A stretch of DNA of 64,000 nucleotides from Geosiphon pyriformis uo1. Taxonomy: Eukaryota > Fungi > Glomeromycota. Below the pieces are notes generated by a model. The model saw nothing but the letters and a program-made list of their open reading frames with translations, searched no databases and had not been told where the DNA came from. Positions 35,586 to 47,792 of the stretch are shown piece after piece. Every line of letters starts with the position of its first letter. Within the stretch, counting starts at the first letter, position 1. The position numbers and the translations under genes were made by a program. The stretch is from assembly GCA_016748015.1 (NCBI GenBank), contig JAAOMT010000503.1:666534-730533 (forward strand). Reading direction: 5' to 3'.

Positions 35586-36856
35586 ATAAATATACAAAAA
35601 TACCAACAACTACAACATTATATAAATACCCAATTGTTTAAAGAGAAATTATCTCAAAAGAAACAAAGGAACATAAAACAACAATCAAAATATTTTATCA
35701 ACCATCAAAATATACTTTATTGGAAGAACAGAAAAAATACAGATCAATCAACCAGAGTAATCACAGAATTAGAGAAAGAGACAATATTATTTAATATACA
35801 CTCAGATTCAACAGCAGGACATTTTTATAAAAAAACAACCATAGAAAAAATTAAAAAAAAATATTATTAATTATCAATGTATCCAGACATCATCCAATAT
35901 GTTCAAAATTGTGATGCTTGTTAGAAAAGAGGAGAAACAAGACCCAATGAACCATTAAAACCAATCAAAATGGGACAACTATCCGATCATATTGAGATTG
36001 ACTTAATTGGATCATTAACAATCACCAATAGAGGCAACAGATATATTGCAGTAGCCATGAACTATCTCACTAAATGGCCAGAAGCAAAAGCCATTCAAAG
36101 AGCAGATGCAGAATCTATTGCCAAATTTGTTCATCAAGATTTAATCTGTCAACATGGATGTCCAAAAAAACTATTATCAGATCAAAGAACTCACTTTGTA
36201 AATAGAACATTGACAGAATTAAGTCAAAGATTTGGGATAAAAAGACTATTATTATCATCATACCATCTATAAACAAATGGACTAGTTGAAAGGTTTAACA
36301 GAACATTGTGTAAAGCCATTGCCAAAATCAGCCAAGAAAACCAGGACAAATAGGATTTGATTATACCATCAGTATTATTTGCTTATTAGACAATGAAGCA
36401 AGACACTACACAAGCAACACCATTTGAATTAGTATATAGTAGAACAGCAACATTATTAGTTGAGATAAAAGTCAAAACTTATCCAACAGAACCAATAACA
36501 GAAGAAAATTTTCAAAAAACATTGTTAAGAAAAACATATGACTTAATGGAAACATTAGAAAACACATGGCAAAAAGCAGCTGATAATATCCAAAAGTCAC
36601 AAGAGAAACAAAAAAAGACATAATAACCAACTACCAGATAAACCAGTTGAATTCAAGATTGGAAACAAAGTATTTTTAGATTGTACCAAAGCAAAAAAGC
36701 AATAGAATAGAAAATTTGACCCCAAATGGGACAGACCATTTCACATAGAAGAAATTCTTAGAAATGAAGCTTACAAATTAAGGTTGAACAACAAAATCTT
36801 AACCAAAGCAGCACATAGTGATTAACTAAAACCATATCACTATATAGTATCACTAT
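35586..36856 (+). pseudogene. Element B integrase ORF (start ATG decayed to ATA; last codons at 46711-46818)
   Basis: H-x6-H...CxxC zinc domain, IEIDLIG, YLTKWPEA, SDQRTHF, TNGLVERFNRTL, KWDRPFHI (GPF-type motif). Confidence 0.85.
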
Positions 36857-37842
36857 TGTTACCGGAGGTTTTTGGTCTCTTTTCTTGAATGTTGTTGATG
36901 CCTGTTTGCTGTGAATTTACGTTTTCTGGATGTGGTTGAACCTCCAGTAACTGAATTTATCCTCAAATTATCTCTTATAATTTGAACTGCTGGACTTATA
37001 AGTAAAATGGCCAATTCTATGCCAGTTACTTTGTATAGTTACATTGTAGTAAATGTCAACTCTTTTCTAAGAATTGCTTGTCTGGAAGCTCACTAAAATG
37101 TGTAGTTACTTTGCTGTGAAAGTCAACTCTTCTACAGAAATCTCATCTGTAGACTACCCTAATGATTGTAATAAGAAAAGAAAAGAAAAATAAAAGAAAT
37201 GTAAAAGAAAAAGTAAAACTGATGATTTATGGAAGTCGTTTCGGATCCAGGCCTGGAAGTGCTTTAACAGTCTACTGAAATTGATAGCTAATCAATTTCA
37301 AACTGTTAGTAAGAATTAATTAATTCCAAGAGAAATAATTAAGAATTTGGTTTTTCGAATTTATTTAATATTTATTTTGTTTTTGTGTGTAAAGGCTGAT
37401 TCTAATTATTAAATCTGAAGTAAGATACATTTCCTCAAAAAAAGAAGCTCTTCTTTTATACAACTTGTTGTAACACTATTCTATAAACTTGAACTTTGCT
37501 ATTTTTTATAATTTCACTGAACTAAAGATACATTTCGGTGAACTACAAGTTATTTCTGTGAACTATTAGATATTTCGGCAAACTATCAATTATTTCGGCG
37601 AATTTCTTACAAATTTCGGCAACTTTTTGAATGTTACATAGTTCAGGGTATTGCATGATTGATCATCACAATTAGGTTACATTTGTGTTATGTACAAATT
37701 GGGTTATTAATTAAATGATAATTTTGGATATTTTGCTAATGTAATAAGTAATAATTTGGAAATGATAATATATGCTAATTAATGATAAGATTTATAAGAG
37801 TAATTTCATGCTAAACAATATCTCTAATTTTGTCTGGTAATA
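36857..37842 (-). repeat. Element C 3' LTR
   Basis: Direct repeat of 45725-46710 with TGTTAC/GTAATA ends. Confidence 0.95.
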
Positions 37843-38530
37843 TAACCTCCTCCTCAAGACTGAGCTCCATCAAAGTCCAAGTACTGTCTGTAATTTTCAG
37901 ATAATAATCCAAAATTATTGAAGAAATTTGGTCTGAAAATTGTTGAAATTTCAGTTCTGTAAGCTTTCCAATGTATTGAATCTTCAAAGGCTGTAAAATT
38001 GGGTCTTGTAGGACGTTTTTATAGGTGTAGAATAGGTCATAAAGTCTAAGAACAGCTCTTAGTTTATAATGACTGTTTGTAGACCCAGCTGTTGTCTTGA
38101 ATTCATTGTAAAGTTGTTTCCGAATAGCTTCTTTTGCAAGGTTTGCTGTTGTAAGCTCTAGTTTTTGCTTATGAAGTGTTTTTTCAATATAAAAATATCT
38201 ATATATTGGAGGGTATTTGCCATTTTCTTCATTAAGATACAGTTGAAGTTTTTGTTGAATAATAGCATTTGGTGAAATACTAATAGGGGCGAGCAATAAG
38301 TTTTCTCATAAAACAAGCTTCAAAAGTTCTGGTAAATAAATTCCAGAATAACTTCTTGTGTTCTTCTTATATGGATGATATTTTTGTGCATTTGGAGCTA
38401 AATTTGCAACTACTTCTGTTTAGGTATAATTAATGTGGTTTCGAGTAACAGTAATGGATAATTTGAGTATTGTTTTTAAAGCTAACATTAGTTTTTGGGA
38501 TAATTGTTGAATGTTTTGAGGAATAGACAT
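37811..38530 (-). pseudogene. Element C ORF3, unknown function (~239 codons, two premature stops), reading through the PPT into the 3' LTR
   Basis: ATG at 38530 in frame with the 161-aa ORF; similar by eye to ORF3 of element E. Confidence 0.75.
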
Positions 38531-38652
38531 TATAAGAGATTTGAAAATAAAAGAAAATTATTTTTGGTGTATGGGTTTTTATGTTATTTTTGTTTTGTTT
38601 TTGTAAGATTGTTTCTAAATTATAATGATATAACTATAATAATAAATTTAAA

Positions 38653-40035
38653 TTAAGTATTCAAGTTAGGAGGTTGTTCAATGATAACTATTGGTTCTAA
38701 ATTTTGGAGAATGTCTTTGGAATTGATTAAAAAAGAATGTGTATCAATTTGTGGAATTAATGGTTCAGGGTTGTTTCTGGAATTATAGTATTTCAAATGA
38801 TCTCCATGTGCAACTTTTGCTAGGATTTTGTTATCAAGTCTTAGCTTGTATGATCCGTTGCCTAAAACTTCATGGATAAAAAATGGTCCATCCCATTTAT
38901 TCTCAAATTTTCTACTTCATTGTTTTTCAGCTTTAGTTCTGTGTAAAAGAACTTTGTTTCTAATTTTAAATTCATTGGTGACTGGAGGCAATTTGTCATC
39001 ATGCCATTCTTTTTGTTGAGCTTGGGAGTGTTCAATATGGGTGGCTGCTATTCATTGTTTTCTTTCCAATGTGCTAAGCAGAGTGTAGGCTTTTCGCTGA
39101 AGCATTTTCTGGAAATTGTTTTCATCAATTGGTTGTGCTGGGTATGTTTCCACTGTGAAACTAATTGGTAATGTTGCTGTCCTTCCATAAGTTAAATCAA
39201 ATGGTGTGTGTTTTGTGATATCTTGTTTTAGTGTTCTATATGCTAGTAACACTGATGGAATAAAGAGATCCCATTCTTGCTCAAAATTGGTTGAAACTTT
39301 GGCTAATAATTCACACAATGTTCTGTTGAAACATTCTACAAATCCATTGGTTTGTGGATGGTAGAACAAAAATAATGGTCTCTTGACATTAAATTGTCCA
39401 CAAAATTCCTGGATTAAATTGTTCACAAAATGTGTTCCTTGATCAGATAAAAGTTCTATTGGGCATCCATGTCTACAAATGATGTCTTTGTAGATGAAGT
39501 TTGCTACTGATTTTGCATCTGCTCATTGAATGGCTCTGGCTTTAGGCCATTTGGTGAAATAGTCTATAGCTACTGCAATATAACGGTTTTCTTGGTTTGT
39601 GATAGGTAGTGGTTTGACTAAATTGATACCAACTTAGTCAAAAGGCTGTCCAACTTTGATTGGGTTTAATGGTTCAGTAGGGTGTGTTCCTCCTCTTCTT
39701 TGACAACTATCACAAGATTTGACATATTCGTGAATGTCTTTTCTTATTTGAGGCCAAAAGTAGTATTCTAGTGTTCTTTGGGTGGTGCTGTCTTTTCCGA
39801 AGTGTGCTAATGAAGAATCTGAGTGCATGTTGTATAATATAGTTTTTTTTTTCTGTTTTTGTATTAATCTGAGTGGTTTGTCTGGGTTTTTGAAATTTCG
39901 CTGATAAATAATGTTGTTGTGTAGAAAATATTGTTTGGCTTGTTGTAGTTAATGTTTTTCATCTGGAGACCAATCTGTTGGAATTGTTAATGTTTCCAAA
40001 TATTGTTTGAGATTGTTGTAGTTTTCCAAATTCAT
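38653..40035 (-). pseudogene. Element C integrase, separate ORF (MNLENYNNLKQYLETL...)
   Basis: MHSDSSLAHFG...CDSCQRRG, DQGTHFVN, YHPQTNGFVECFNRTL, KWDGPFFI. Confidence 0.88.
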
Positions 40036-40082
40036 TGTTTGTTGGCTGTTTTGGTTGGTTAAGTTGAATGTTGGTTTTTTTT

Positions 40083-43000
40083 CTAATCTTGTCTTATTCT
40101 GGAGAGACAGTCAACATTGGTGTGGAGTTTTTCTGGTTTATGATGTACTATGTATCAATAGTTTGCTAGAAATTCTGTCCATTAGATTTGTTTTGTATTT
40201 AGCTGAGTATTTTTGTTCTGAAGCCATTTAAGTTCAATATTATCAGTAATAATATCAAATTCCTTTGGCCAGAGATAAAAGTTGAAATGATGTAGGGCCC
40301 AAATTACAGCTGCTGTTTCCAATTCAGTGGCAGGATAATTTTTTTCAGCTGGTTTTAATGTTCTGCTAGCATAGGTGATTACTCGCTCATTTCTATTGTC
40401 ATCCAATTGTGATAGGATAGCACCAAAGGCAGTATAAGAGGCATCTGTTGCTAATCGGAATCAGTTGCTGAAATCTGGGTAGGCAAGAATTAGAGCTGTC
40501 ATTAGTTTTTCTTTGAGGATTTCAAATACATTTTGGCATTCAGCAGTTCATTCATATTTGACGTTTTTGGTGGTAAGCTAGTTGAGAGGTTTTGCAATTT
40601 CTGAGAATTCTTTGATAAACTTCTGATAGTAAGAGGCTAACCCTATGAATCCTCTTAATTCTGTAGTGTTTCGAGGAGTTTTGAAGTTTTTGACAGTGCT
40701 GATTTTTTTAGGGTCCAGTTTGATTCCATTTTTACTAACGATATGACCAAGGAAGGCCAAGCTTGTTTTTTCAAAGTAGCATTTTTCAATGTTGAGTTTT
40801 AGTCCTGCTTTTTGTAATCGTTGAAAAACTTCTCGCAGGTGTTTTAAGTGTAATTTGAACAATAGAGAATAAACATCAGTATTGTCAAGATAAATGACTA
40901 CTGACTTCTAAAAGAGTCCTTGGTACACAACATCCATTAATCTCTAAAATGTTGCTGGTGCATTACATAATCCGAAAGGCATTACATTGAACTTGTAATT
41001 TCCGCCTTGGGTGGTGAATGCTGTTTTGGGACAATCTTTGGGATCCATAGCAACTTGTCAGTAACCACTTTCTAAATCTAGTGTTGAAAAGTATTTGGAT
41101 TTTCCAAGGGCATCTAATATGTTATCAATTCGGAGAAGGGGATAGGCATCTCCAATTGTAATACTGTTGAGTTGTCAGTAGTCAACACAAAATTGTATCT
41201 TTCCATTTTTTTTTTAACTAACACTACAGATGAAGTCCAAGAACTCATGGAGGGTTGGATGAGCCCGTTGTTAAGCATTTGTTGTACTTATTCTTGGATG
41301 AATTGGTGGCTTTCTGAAGCAACTCGATATGCTTGTTGTCTTCTTGGTTTGGCATCTCCTGTATAAATTTGGTGTTGAACCAAATTGGTTTTTCCTAAGT
41401 CATTGTTGTTTTCAGTAAAAATATTGGTAAATTCTGCAATTAGCTCTTTGAGCTGGCTCTGTTGTTGTGGTTCAAGTTGTTCTATGTTGATTCAAGATAG
41501 TTTTTTTTATGACAACATGGTAGTTTTCAGAGCTAGGGTTTGGGTTGATTTTTGGTAGTGAATGTCCAATAATTTCCGAAAAATTGGGAACTGTCTGAAG
41601 TAGTTCTTGTTGAAAGATGTTACTGTGAATGACTCCAATTTTTAAGTTATTTAATAGAACTATGGGGTAATTGTTGGGATTGTAAAAAGTAACTTGGACT
41701 TTCTTTGTTTTTTCTGAAATATAAATGTTTGGGATCAAAATATTATGTTCCAAGCAAACTTGTTCATTGGACTCAAAAATTTGTTGTGTGGTTGTTGGCT
41801 TTGGGCAGGTGTAGATGTTCTTCAAAAGATAAGATGGTAATTGGTTGTGGAAGTCTGAGAATCTGGTGGGATTTGTTCTGTGTGTTAAGAGCTATATTAA
41901 CTAGAACTGTGAATTGTCCAGTTGAACCAAAACTTTGGGTTTTTCTATTGCTTTTTCCTAATTGTTCTCTTTGATTGACTAGTTGCAAACCCAAAATGTT
42001 GATTAGGGATAGGTAAATAGCTTGGGCAATTTTTTCAGCATAGTCGATCTTGAATGGTTTGTCAGTTTCATTTTGAAGCATCACTGTAATGTCTCCAGTA
42101 TATCCAGCATCAATTATTCCTCCTCTGACATTGATTCCTTTGCTTGCCAGAGAGAACTGGGAGGCAATTTGAACCATTGCTCCTAGTGGGATTTTGAGTG
42201 CAATTTTGAGGTTGATTTTTGTGAGAGATTTGAGTTTGAGAACAAGAGTATCCTTGTCTGGATATCTTAGATCGTATCCAGCATCAATTTTATGTGCTTT
42301 TTCAGGTTTTATTCCTTGTCCGTTGTTGTTGAAGTATTTGAATTGTAAGGCAGGTTGACTTTCAATAAGATAGATAGGTGTTGTTTCAATTTCTTCTGTT
42401 GCTTCAGGTTCTCCAAATTCAATTTCATTTTCATTGTTTTTACTGGGCAGAAGAACGCTAAGAGCATAGCATTAAAGACACCATTGCTCATCGCAGGGCA
42501 TTATGCATTCTTCACACAATTTAACGTTCATTTGCTCTAGCCGTTGAGCTTGAGCTTCTTTGGTTGGGTAAGTGTGACTGGCAATTTGGTGATATATTTC
42601 TACTTCATCTTCGTAGTTGTATCTAGCAATTTCAAAGGTGTATGCAATGTATTCTGATTCTTTTATTTGACAAACATTTTCTTGAGTGGCTCCGTTGATT
42701 AAAGCCATTGCTAGGTCAAAAATTATTTCGGCATCATGAGGATAATGGTACAGTTTGTTGAGAACACTGTTGTATGCTGCATCAAATTTTGACTTTTTCT
42801 GAGATTGATAAAGCATATTGGCAGGTTTGATCACAGACTCTTCCTCTTATTGCTACATTAATCCAATTGCATTTTTCTGGTAGCATATTTCCACAAGTCA
42901 AACAAGGAGTGTTGTCCCATTTTCCACTTCTTTTTATTAGATGGCCCCATCGTTTTTTGTGGCAAGCCTTGCAGTAGTAACAAGTATGATTTTCATATTT

Positions 43001-45679
43001 TTCTTCAGGTGAAATACAGGCTCCCATTGACAATAGTTTCTTGTGGCAGTCCTTACATTTAAGAGGAATGTAGGTGCATTGTTTCCTTAGTTCAGGCTTT
43101 GAGTAAAGGATATTCTATCCAGGGGTTTCGGGATTAGAGTGTGGGATAAAATGTTCTTGTTCAGTTTCATTGGCCCAATTGAACATTGATCCAAGAGCCA
43201 TAAATGTTTTAATTATTGGTTTTTTTTCTTCTGGTTCAAATTCAAAAACCGGGGCTTTTTCAGAGTGTTTGTTGAATGTACTACAAGTGGCAGGTACTCG
43301 GACATGTTGTCTTTGGTAAGAGATTTGTAGTTCTTGGGTTTCTCAGTCTAATTTTGCATTGGCTTTTTGGAGCCAATTGTTTCTGACAAGGGCTTGATAC
43401 TGGGGAGCATCTATTACAAGAACTTTGACTGAAATAGTGATTCCATCAAGAGTAAACGGAAAATTGTCAATTTCTCCTACTAGAGTCTTTTTCATGCCAT
43501 CGGCAGTGATGATTACTGTCTGAGCTGGTCAGTTAATATTTCTTTTTAACTGTTGCATCAACTGGTAGGTAATGATGCTTCCGGCAGATCCACTGTCTAG
43601 AATCAAGCGAATTGACTTTCCTTCTACTTCAGCTTCTGTGTACATTGCAGTAATGGCTTTTTGCTCATTAGTCACTGCATTGCTAAGCAAGAATGGTAAT
43701 TCATTTGCTTCAAATTTGAAAGAAAATATATCTGAAAGGTTGGCATTTTTAGCAATTCTGGCTGGTGGGATTATAGTAGGAGTATAGAAAGGGTTTTGTT
43801 GTTGTGCTGCAGCTCTATCTTCCAAGAATGCAGTATGGTAAAAATTCTGTTCTTTAGGTATTGTTAAATAACTGGGTTGAATGTGATAGTGGTTGGGTCT
43901 TGATTAAGTGGAATTTCGGGAAACCAATTGGTTGTTCGAACTGATTCTATTGTTGTTTACTTGGTATCGGTTTTGTGGACTAAATTGGTTTTGTGGAGTC
44001 AATCTTCAAGCAAGTACTTAGTAATGTTGTGTGGATGGTTGTTGGTATTGCTGTTAGATCAGCTGTGAGGCAGGCTGATAATAGTTACTTTGGTATTGGG
44101 GTCTTGGTGGATAGTAAGCTGGTAGTAGTTGATAATAAGATTGCTGTAGTGGAGGATAACATTGATTACTCCTATTTTGTTGGTCTTGTTGTAGCTTTCT
44201 GCAATCTTTTTTCCAGTGGCCAGAGATTCCATAATAATGGCAATTCTGAGACTGGTTATTAGAAAGTGGTGCAAAGTTATTTTGATTTTATCTTTGGAGT
44301 GGTTGATATCTTTGGGGTTGCTGTTGTTGTTGATTGGTAAAATAGTTTTCAATCTTTTTTGTCAGTTGGTCAATTTTCTTCTCAGCTATTGAGCTGGTTT
44401 TTCCAATTGCCAAATTTACAAGTTTTGTGCAATTGGCTTCTTTCATGGCCATTTCATATTTTTTTGCATGCTGTATAGTAGAGTTTAAATCTTCTGGAGC
44501 ATGTGGGTAAATCTTTTTAATTAGTTTATCTTTTAGACCAGCGATAAATTGATCCAAGATTTGAGCATCAGAATAATAATCATTAGTTTCAAGTTGGCGA
44601 ATTTGTCTAAGAAGTTTGTTGAATTTCCCAATATAAGTCATGACAGATTTGGAGGGTTTTTGTTTGATATTGTGAAAATAATTTCAAAGTGTGATTGAGG
44701 TGTTGTTATTGGTGAATTGTTCTAAAAAGGCAGTTTTGAAAGCTGTCCAGTCATTAAAAGGGGTGGTCAAGTTTTTGAACCATTTGTCTGCTGTTCCTTT
44801 GAGAAAGTAGGGAATTGTTCTTAACATTCTAGTAGCATTCCATCCATTTGCATCTCCAGCTTTAATAACTTGGTTGAGCCATTCTTGGGAACTGGTCTCA
44901 ATGTCTTCTCCATTAAATTCAGGGATTTTTGCGATGTATGCTGTCATTTTGTCTTCTTCGTTTTCACTGTCTATTGATTTTTTTTCAGATATTTCAGAGT
45001 TGTTTTTTTTGTTTACTGCTGTTTTAGAGTGTTCACTTCAATTTTCAGCTAGAAAGTCAAGGAGATTGGAACTAGTTTGAAGGGGTTCTTGTTGTCTGAT
45101 GGGACTTCTGGGTGATGTAAAATCTTCTAGTCTTGCAAATCAATTTAAGGGTGAATTAGATGTTTGTGTTTGTGCAAGTGAAGCTGAAAAAGGTGTGATA
45201 GTAAGTGGAAGTTTTGAACTGGTTCCTTGTTCAGGTGTTTGTAAATGTTTGGCAGTTGTTTTTGGTAGTATTGGAGTATTTGGGGTGGTTTTTGAGTATT
45301 GCTTCAATTTTTGTTTGCTTTTGTTGCTTGTTTCTGTCTCTGATTCAAAATCAATGGAGTATTAAGACTGCACTGGATATGTTTCTTCACAGTACTTGAT
45401 AATGTTAAAGTTAAGTTTTAGAAAGTAAGTGGCAATTGTTTTACTGTTAAGATCTTCAGTTCCCAACTGTGAATAGTGTATTAAATTATTGTAAAAGTTG
45501 TTTCTAACTTCTGAGATATTGTAATTTCCAAAAAGATAATTGTTGATGCGGTTTTCAATGTATTGGTATACTGATTTTTTGACAACTTCAATTCCGTCTG
45601 GAATGTTGAATCTTTGCTTGCAGTGGGTGTAAATTAATTGGTAATACTCTAGAGTTGTTGCATCTGGTGTGGTCACCAC
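40083..45679 (-). pseudogene. Element C polyprotein pseudogene: N-extension-Gag-PR-Cys-rich-dUTPase-RT-RNase H
   Basis: MTAYIAKIPEFNG gag; LILDSGSAGS; KAHKIDAGYDL...GGIIDAGYTG...FGSTG; [12 protein letters not shown]; ATDAS...YASRTL...ELET; ends SRIRQD* at 40083. Confidence 0.9.
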
Positions 45680-45724
45680 TTTGAAGTTGTTTTTGCTGTG
45701 TTGTTTCCATGGGAGAGCACCAAA

Positions 45725-46710
45725 TGTTACCAGAGGTTTTTGGTCTCTTTTTTTGAATGTTGTTGATGCCTGTTTGCTGTGAATTTACGTTTTTTGGATG
45801 TGGTTGAACCTCCAGTAACTGAATTTATCCTCAAATTATCTTCTATAATTTGAACTGCTGGGCTTATAAGTGAAATGGCCAATTCCGTGCCAGTTACTTT
45901 GTATAGTTACATTGTAGTAAACATTAACTCTTTCCCAGGAATTGCTTGTCTGGAAGCTCACTAAAATGTGTAGTTACTTTGCTGTGAAAGTTAATTCTTC
46001 TACAGAAATCTCATCTGTAGGCTACCCTAATGATTGTAATAAGAAAAGAAAAGAAAAATAAAAAAAATGTAAAAGAAAAAGTAAAACTGATGATTTATGG
46101 AAGTTGTTTCAGATCCAGGCCTAGAAGTGCTTTAACAGTCTACTGAAATTGGTAGCTAATCAATTTCAAACTGTTAGTAGGAATTGATTAATTCCAAGGG
46201 AAATAATTAAGAATTTGGTTTTTCGAATTTATTTGATATTTATTTTGTTTTTGTATATAAAGGCTAATTCTAATTATTAAATCTGAAGTAAGATATATTT
46301 CCTCGAAAAGAGAAGCTCTTCTTTTATACAACTTGTTGTAACACTATTCTATGAACTTGAACTTTGCTATTTTCTATAATTTTGCTGAACTAAAAATACA
46401 TTTTGGTGAACTACAAGTTATTTCTGTGAACTATTAGATATTTCGGCAAACTATCAATTATTTTGGCAAATTTCTTACAAATTTTGGCAACTTTTTGAAT
46501 GTTACATAGTTCAGGGTATTGCATAATTGATTATCACAATTAGGTTACATTTGTGTTATGTACAAATTAGGTTATTAATTAAATGATAATTTCAGATATT
46601 TTGCTAATGTAATAAGTAATAATTTGAAAACAATAATATATGTTAATTAATGATAAGATTTATAAGGGTAATTTCATGCTAAACAATATCTCTAATTTTG
46701 TCTGGTAATA
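45725..46710 (-). repeat. Element C 5' LTR
   Basis: Direct repeat of 36857-37842, followed on the minus strand by TT-TGGTGCTC PBS. Confidence 0.95.
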
Positions 46711-47792
46711 CCATCCACCAGTAATATTCTACAATTAGGAGTACAGAGAATATTAGTCCAACCAGATGAAATTCTACGAGATCTAAAACCAATCATAATC
46801 ATTGAACCAAACATGTAAAATTGAACAATAAAAAGAGAATATAAAGAACATAGTAGACACTATTACTTATAGAAATATAGAAAATATATTAGCAGAAGTA
46901 ATAGCCAATTAAAAGTAGGCATAGTAAATGTGGAATTCCAGGATTCCTCTCAAAAATTACAGGATTCCAGGAATTTCAGGATTTTCTGATGAGGAATCGC
47001 AGGATTTCAGAATTCCAGGATTCCTCTCAAGGAATTGCAGGATTCCAGGAATTCTAAGAATTTCTGTCATGAAAAATCAAGGAATTGAGAAATTTCAATT
47101 ATGTATATATAGCAGCAAGATTAAAAACTGAAAAGAGAGACCTCTCAGTGTAGATTAATCTAAGCAACCTTCCAATTCCCAATTATCAAATAAATAATTA
47201 TTTTATATCTTAATCCACTCTCAATTATCAACACTTCATGTTGATAGTAATTGATACTTAACCATGCTAGAACAATAGCTCTTAATCATGGCTATTGACA
47301 AGATACTAACTTACCAAATGGCCTTGGCTTATCTTCATCATTATTATTTTCTTTATTTTATTTCTTTCTTTTTTTGATTCTGTTGTGTTTATTAATTGAT
47401 TGGGGATTAAAAGTGCTGAGTTATTGACATCACGAATAGCTTGGTAAAAAACCCAAAAATAAGAGTAAATTTATATATATTATCAGTTAGCTTACCAGAA
47501 GAACATGACTGCCAGAATAAATCCGGCCACCAAGCTGAGAAAGAAATTGGAAAACAACTGACAACAAACCACGACTTACCACACTATCAAATCTCTGTCC
47601 ATTATACAAAGGACTCTATCAAAATCTTCAGATATAACACTTTCATAATATCATTGACAGAAATAGCTTTTAAGCACTAAGTTATGAGTTTGTTATTTGA
47701 CTTGAGACTCCAAATAATTCAACTGTAATATTTGGTGTTTTCTGTGAGGTATAATCCTACAGAGAACCAGCACCAACAACACCAAACCAAAA

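Larger units (their letters stand above)
36857..46710 (-). mobile_element. Full-length Ty3/Gypsy element C (9854 bp): 5' LTR 46710-45725, PBS from 45722, PPT ~37843-37856, 3' LTR 37842-36857; 4-bp TSD CTAT/CCAT
   Basis: Two 986-bp near-identical LTRs; PBS TGGTGCTCTCCC; PPT GAGGAGGAGG abutting the 3' LTR; flanks ...CACTAT| and |CCAT differ by one C>T. Confidence 0.95.
28432..46860 (+). mobile_element. Ty3/Gypsy element B: 5' LTR 28432-29309, internal 29310-36856 and 46711-46860; split by element C, then interrupted by D; 3' LTR not in window
   Basis: LTR TGTTAC...GTAATA, PBS at 29312, decayed gag/PR/dUTPase/RT/RH/IN; IN C-terminus resumes after C (…RDLKPIIIIEPNM*). Confidence 0.9.

Noticed and set aside
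37811-38530. env gene
   Set aside because: No signal peptide, fusion peptide or transmembrane segment visible, and too short
46861-47730. LTR as the 3' LTR of element B (tandem elements sharing an LTR)
   Set aside because: It differs from B's 5' LTR by indels and whole segments, has no PPT in front, and sits only 42 bp after the IN stop; it is better explained as independent insertion D
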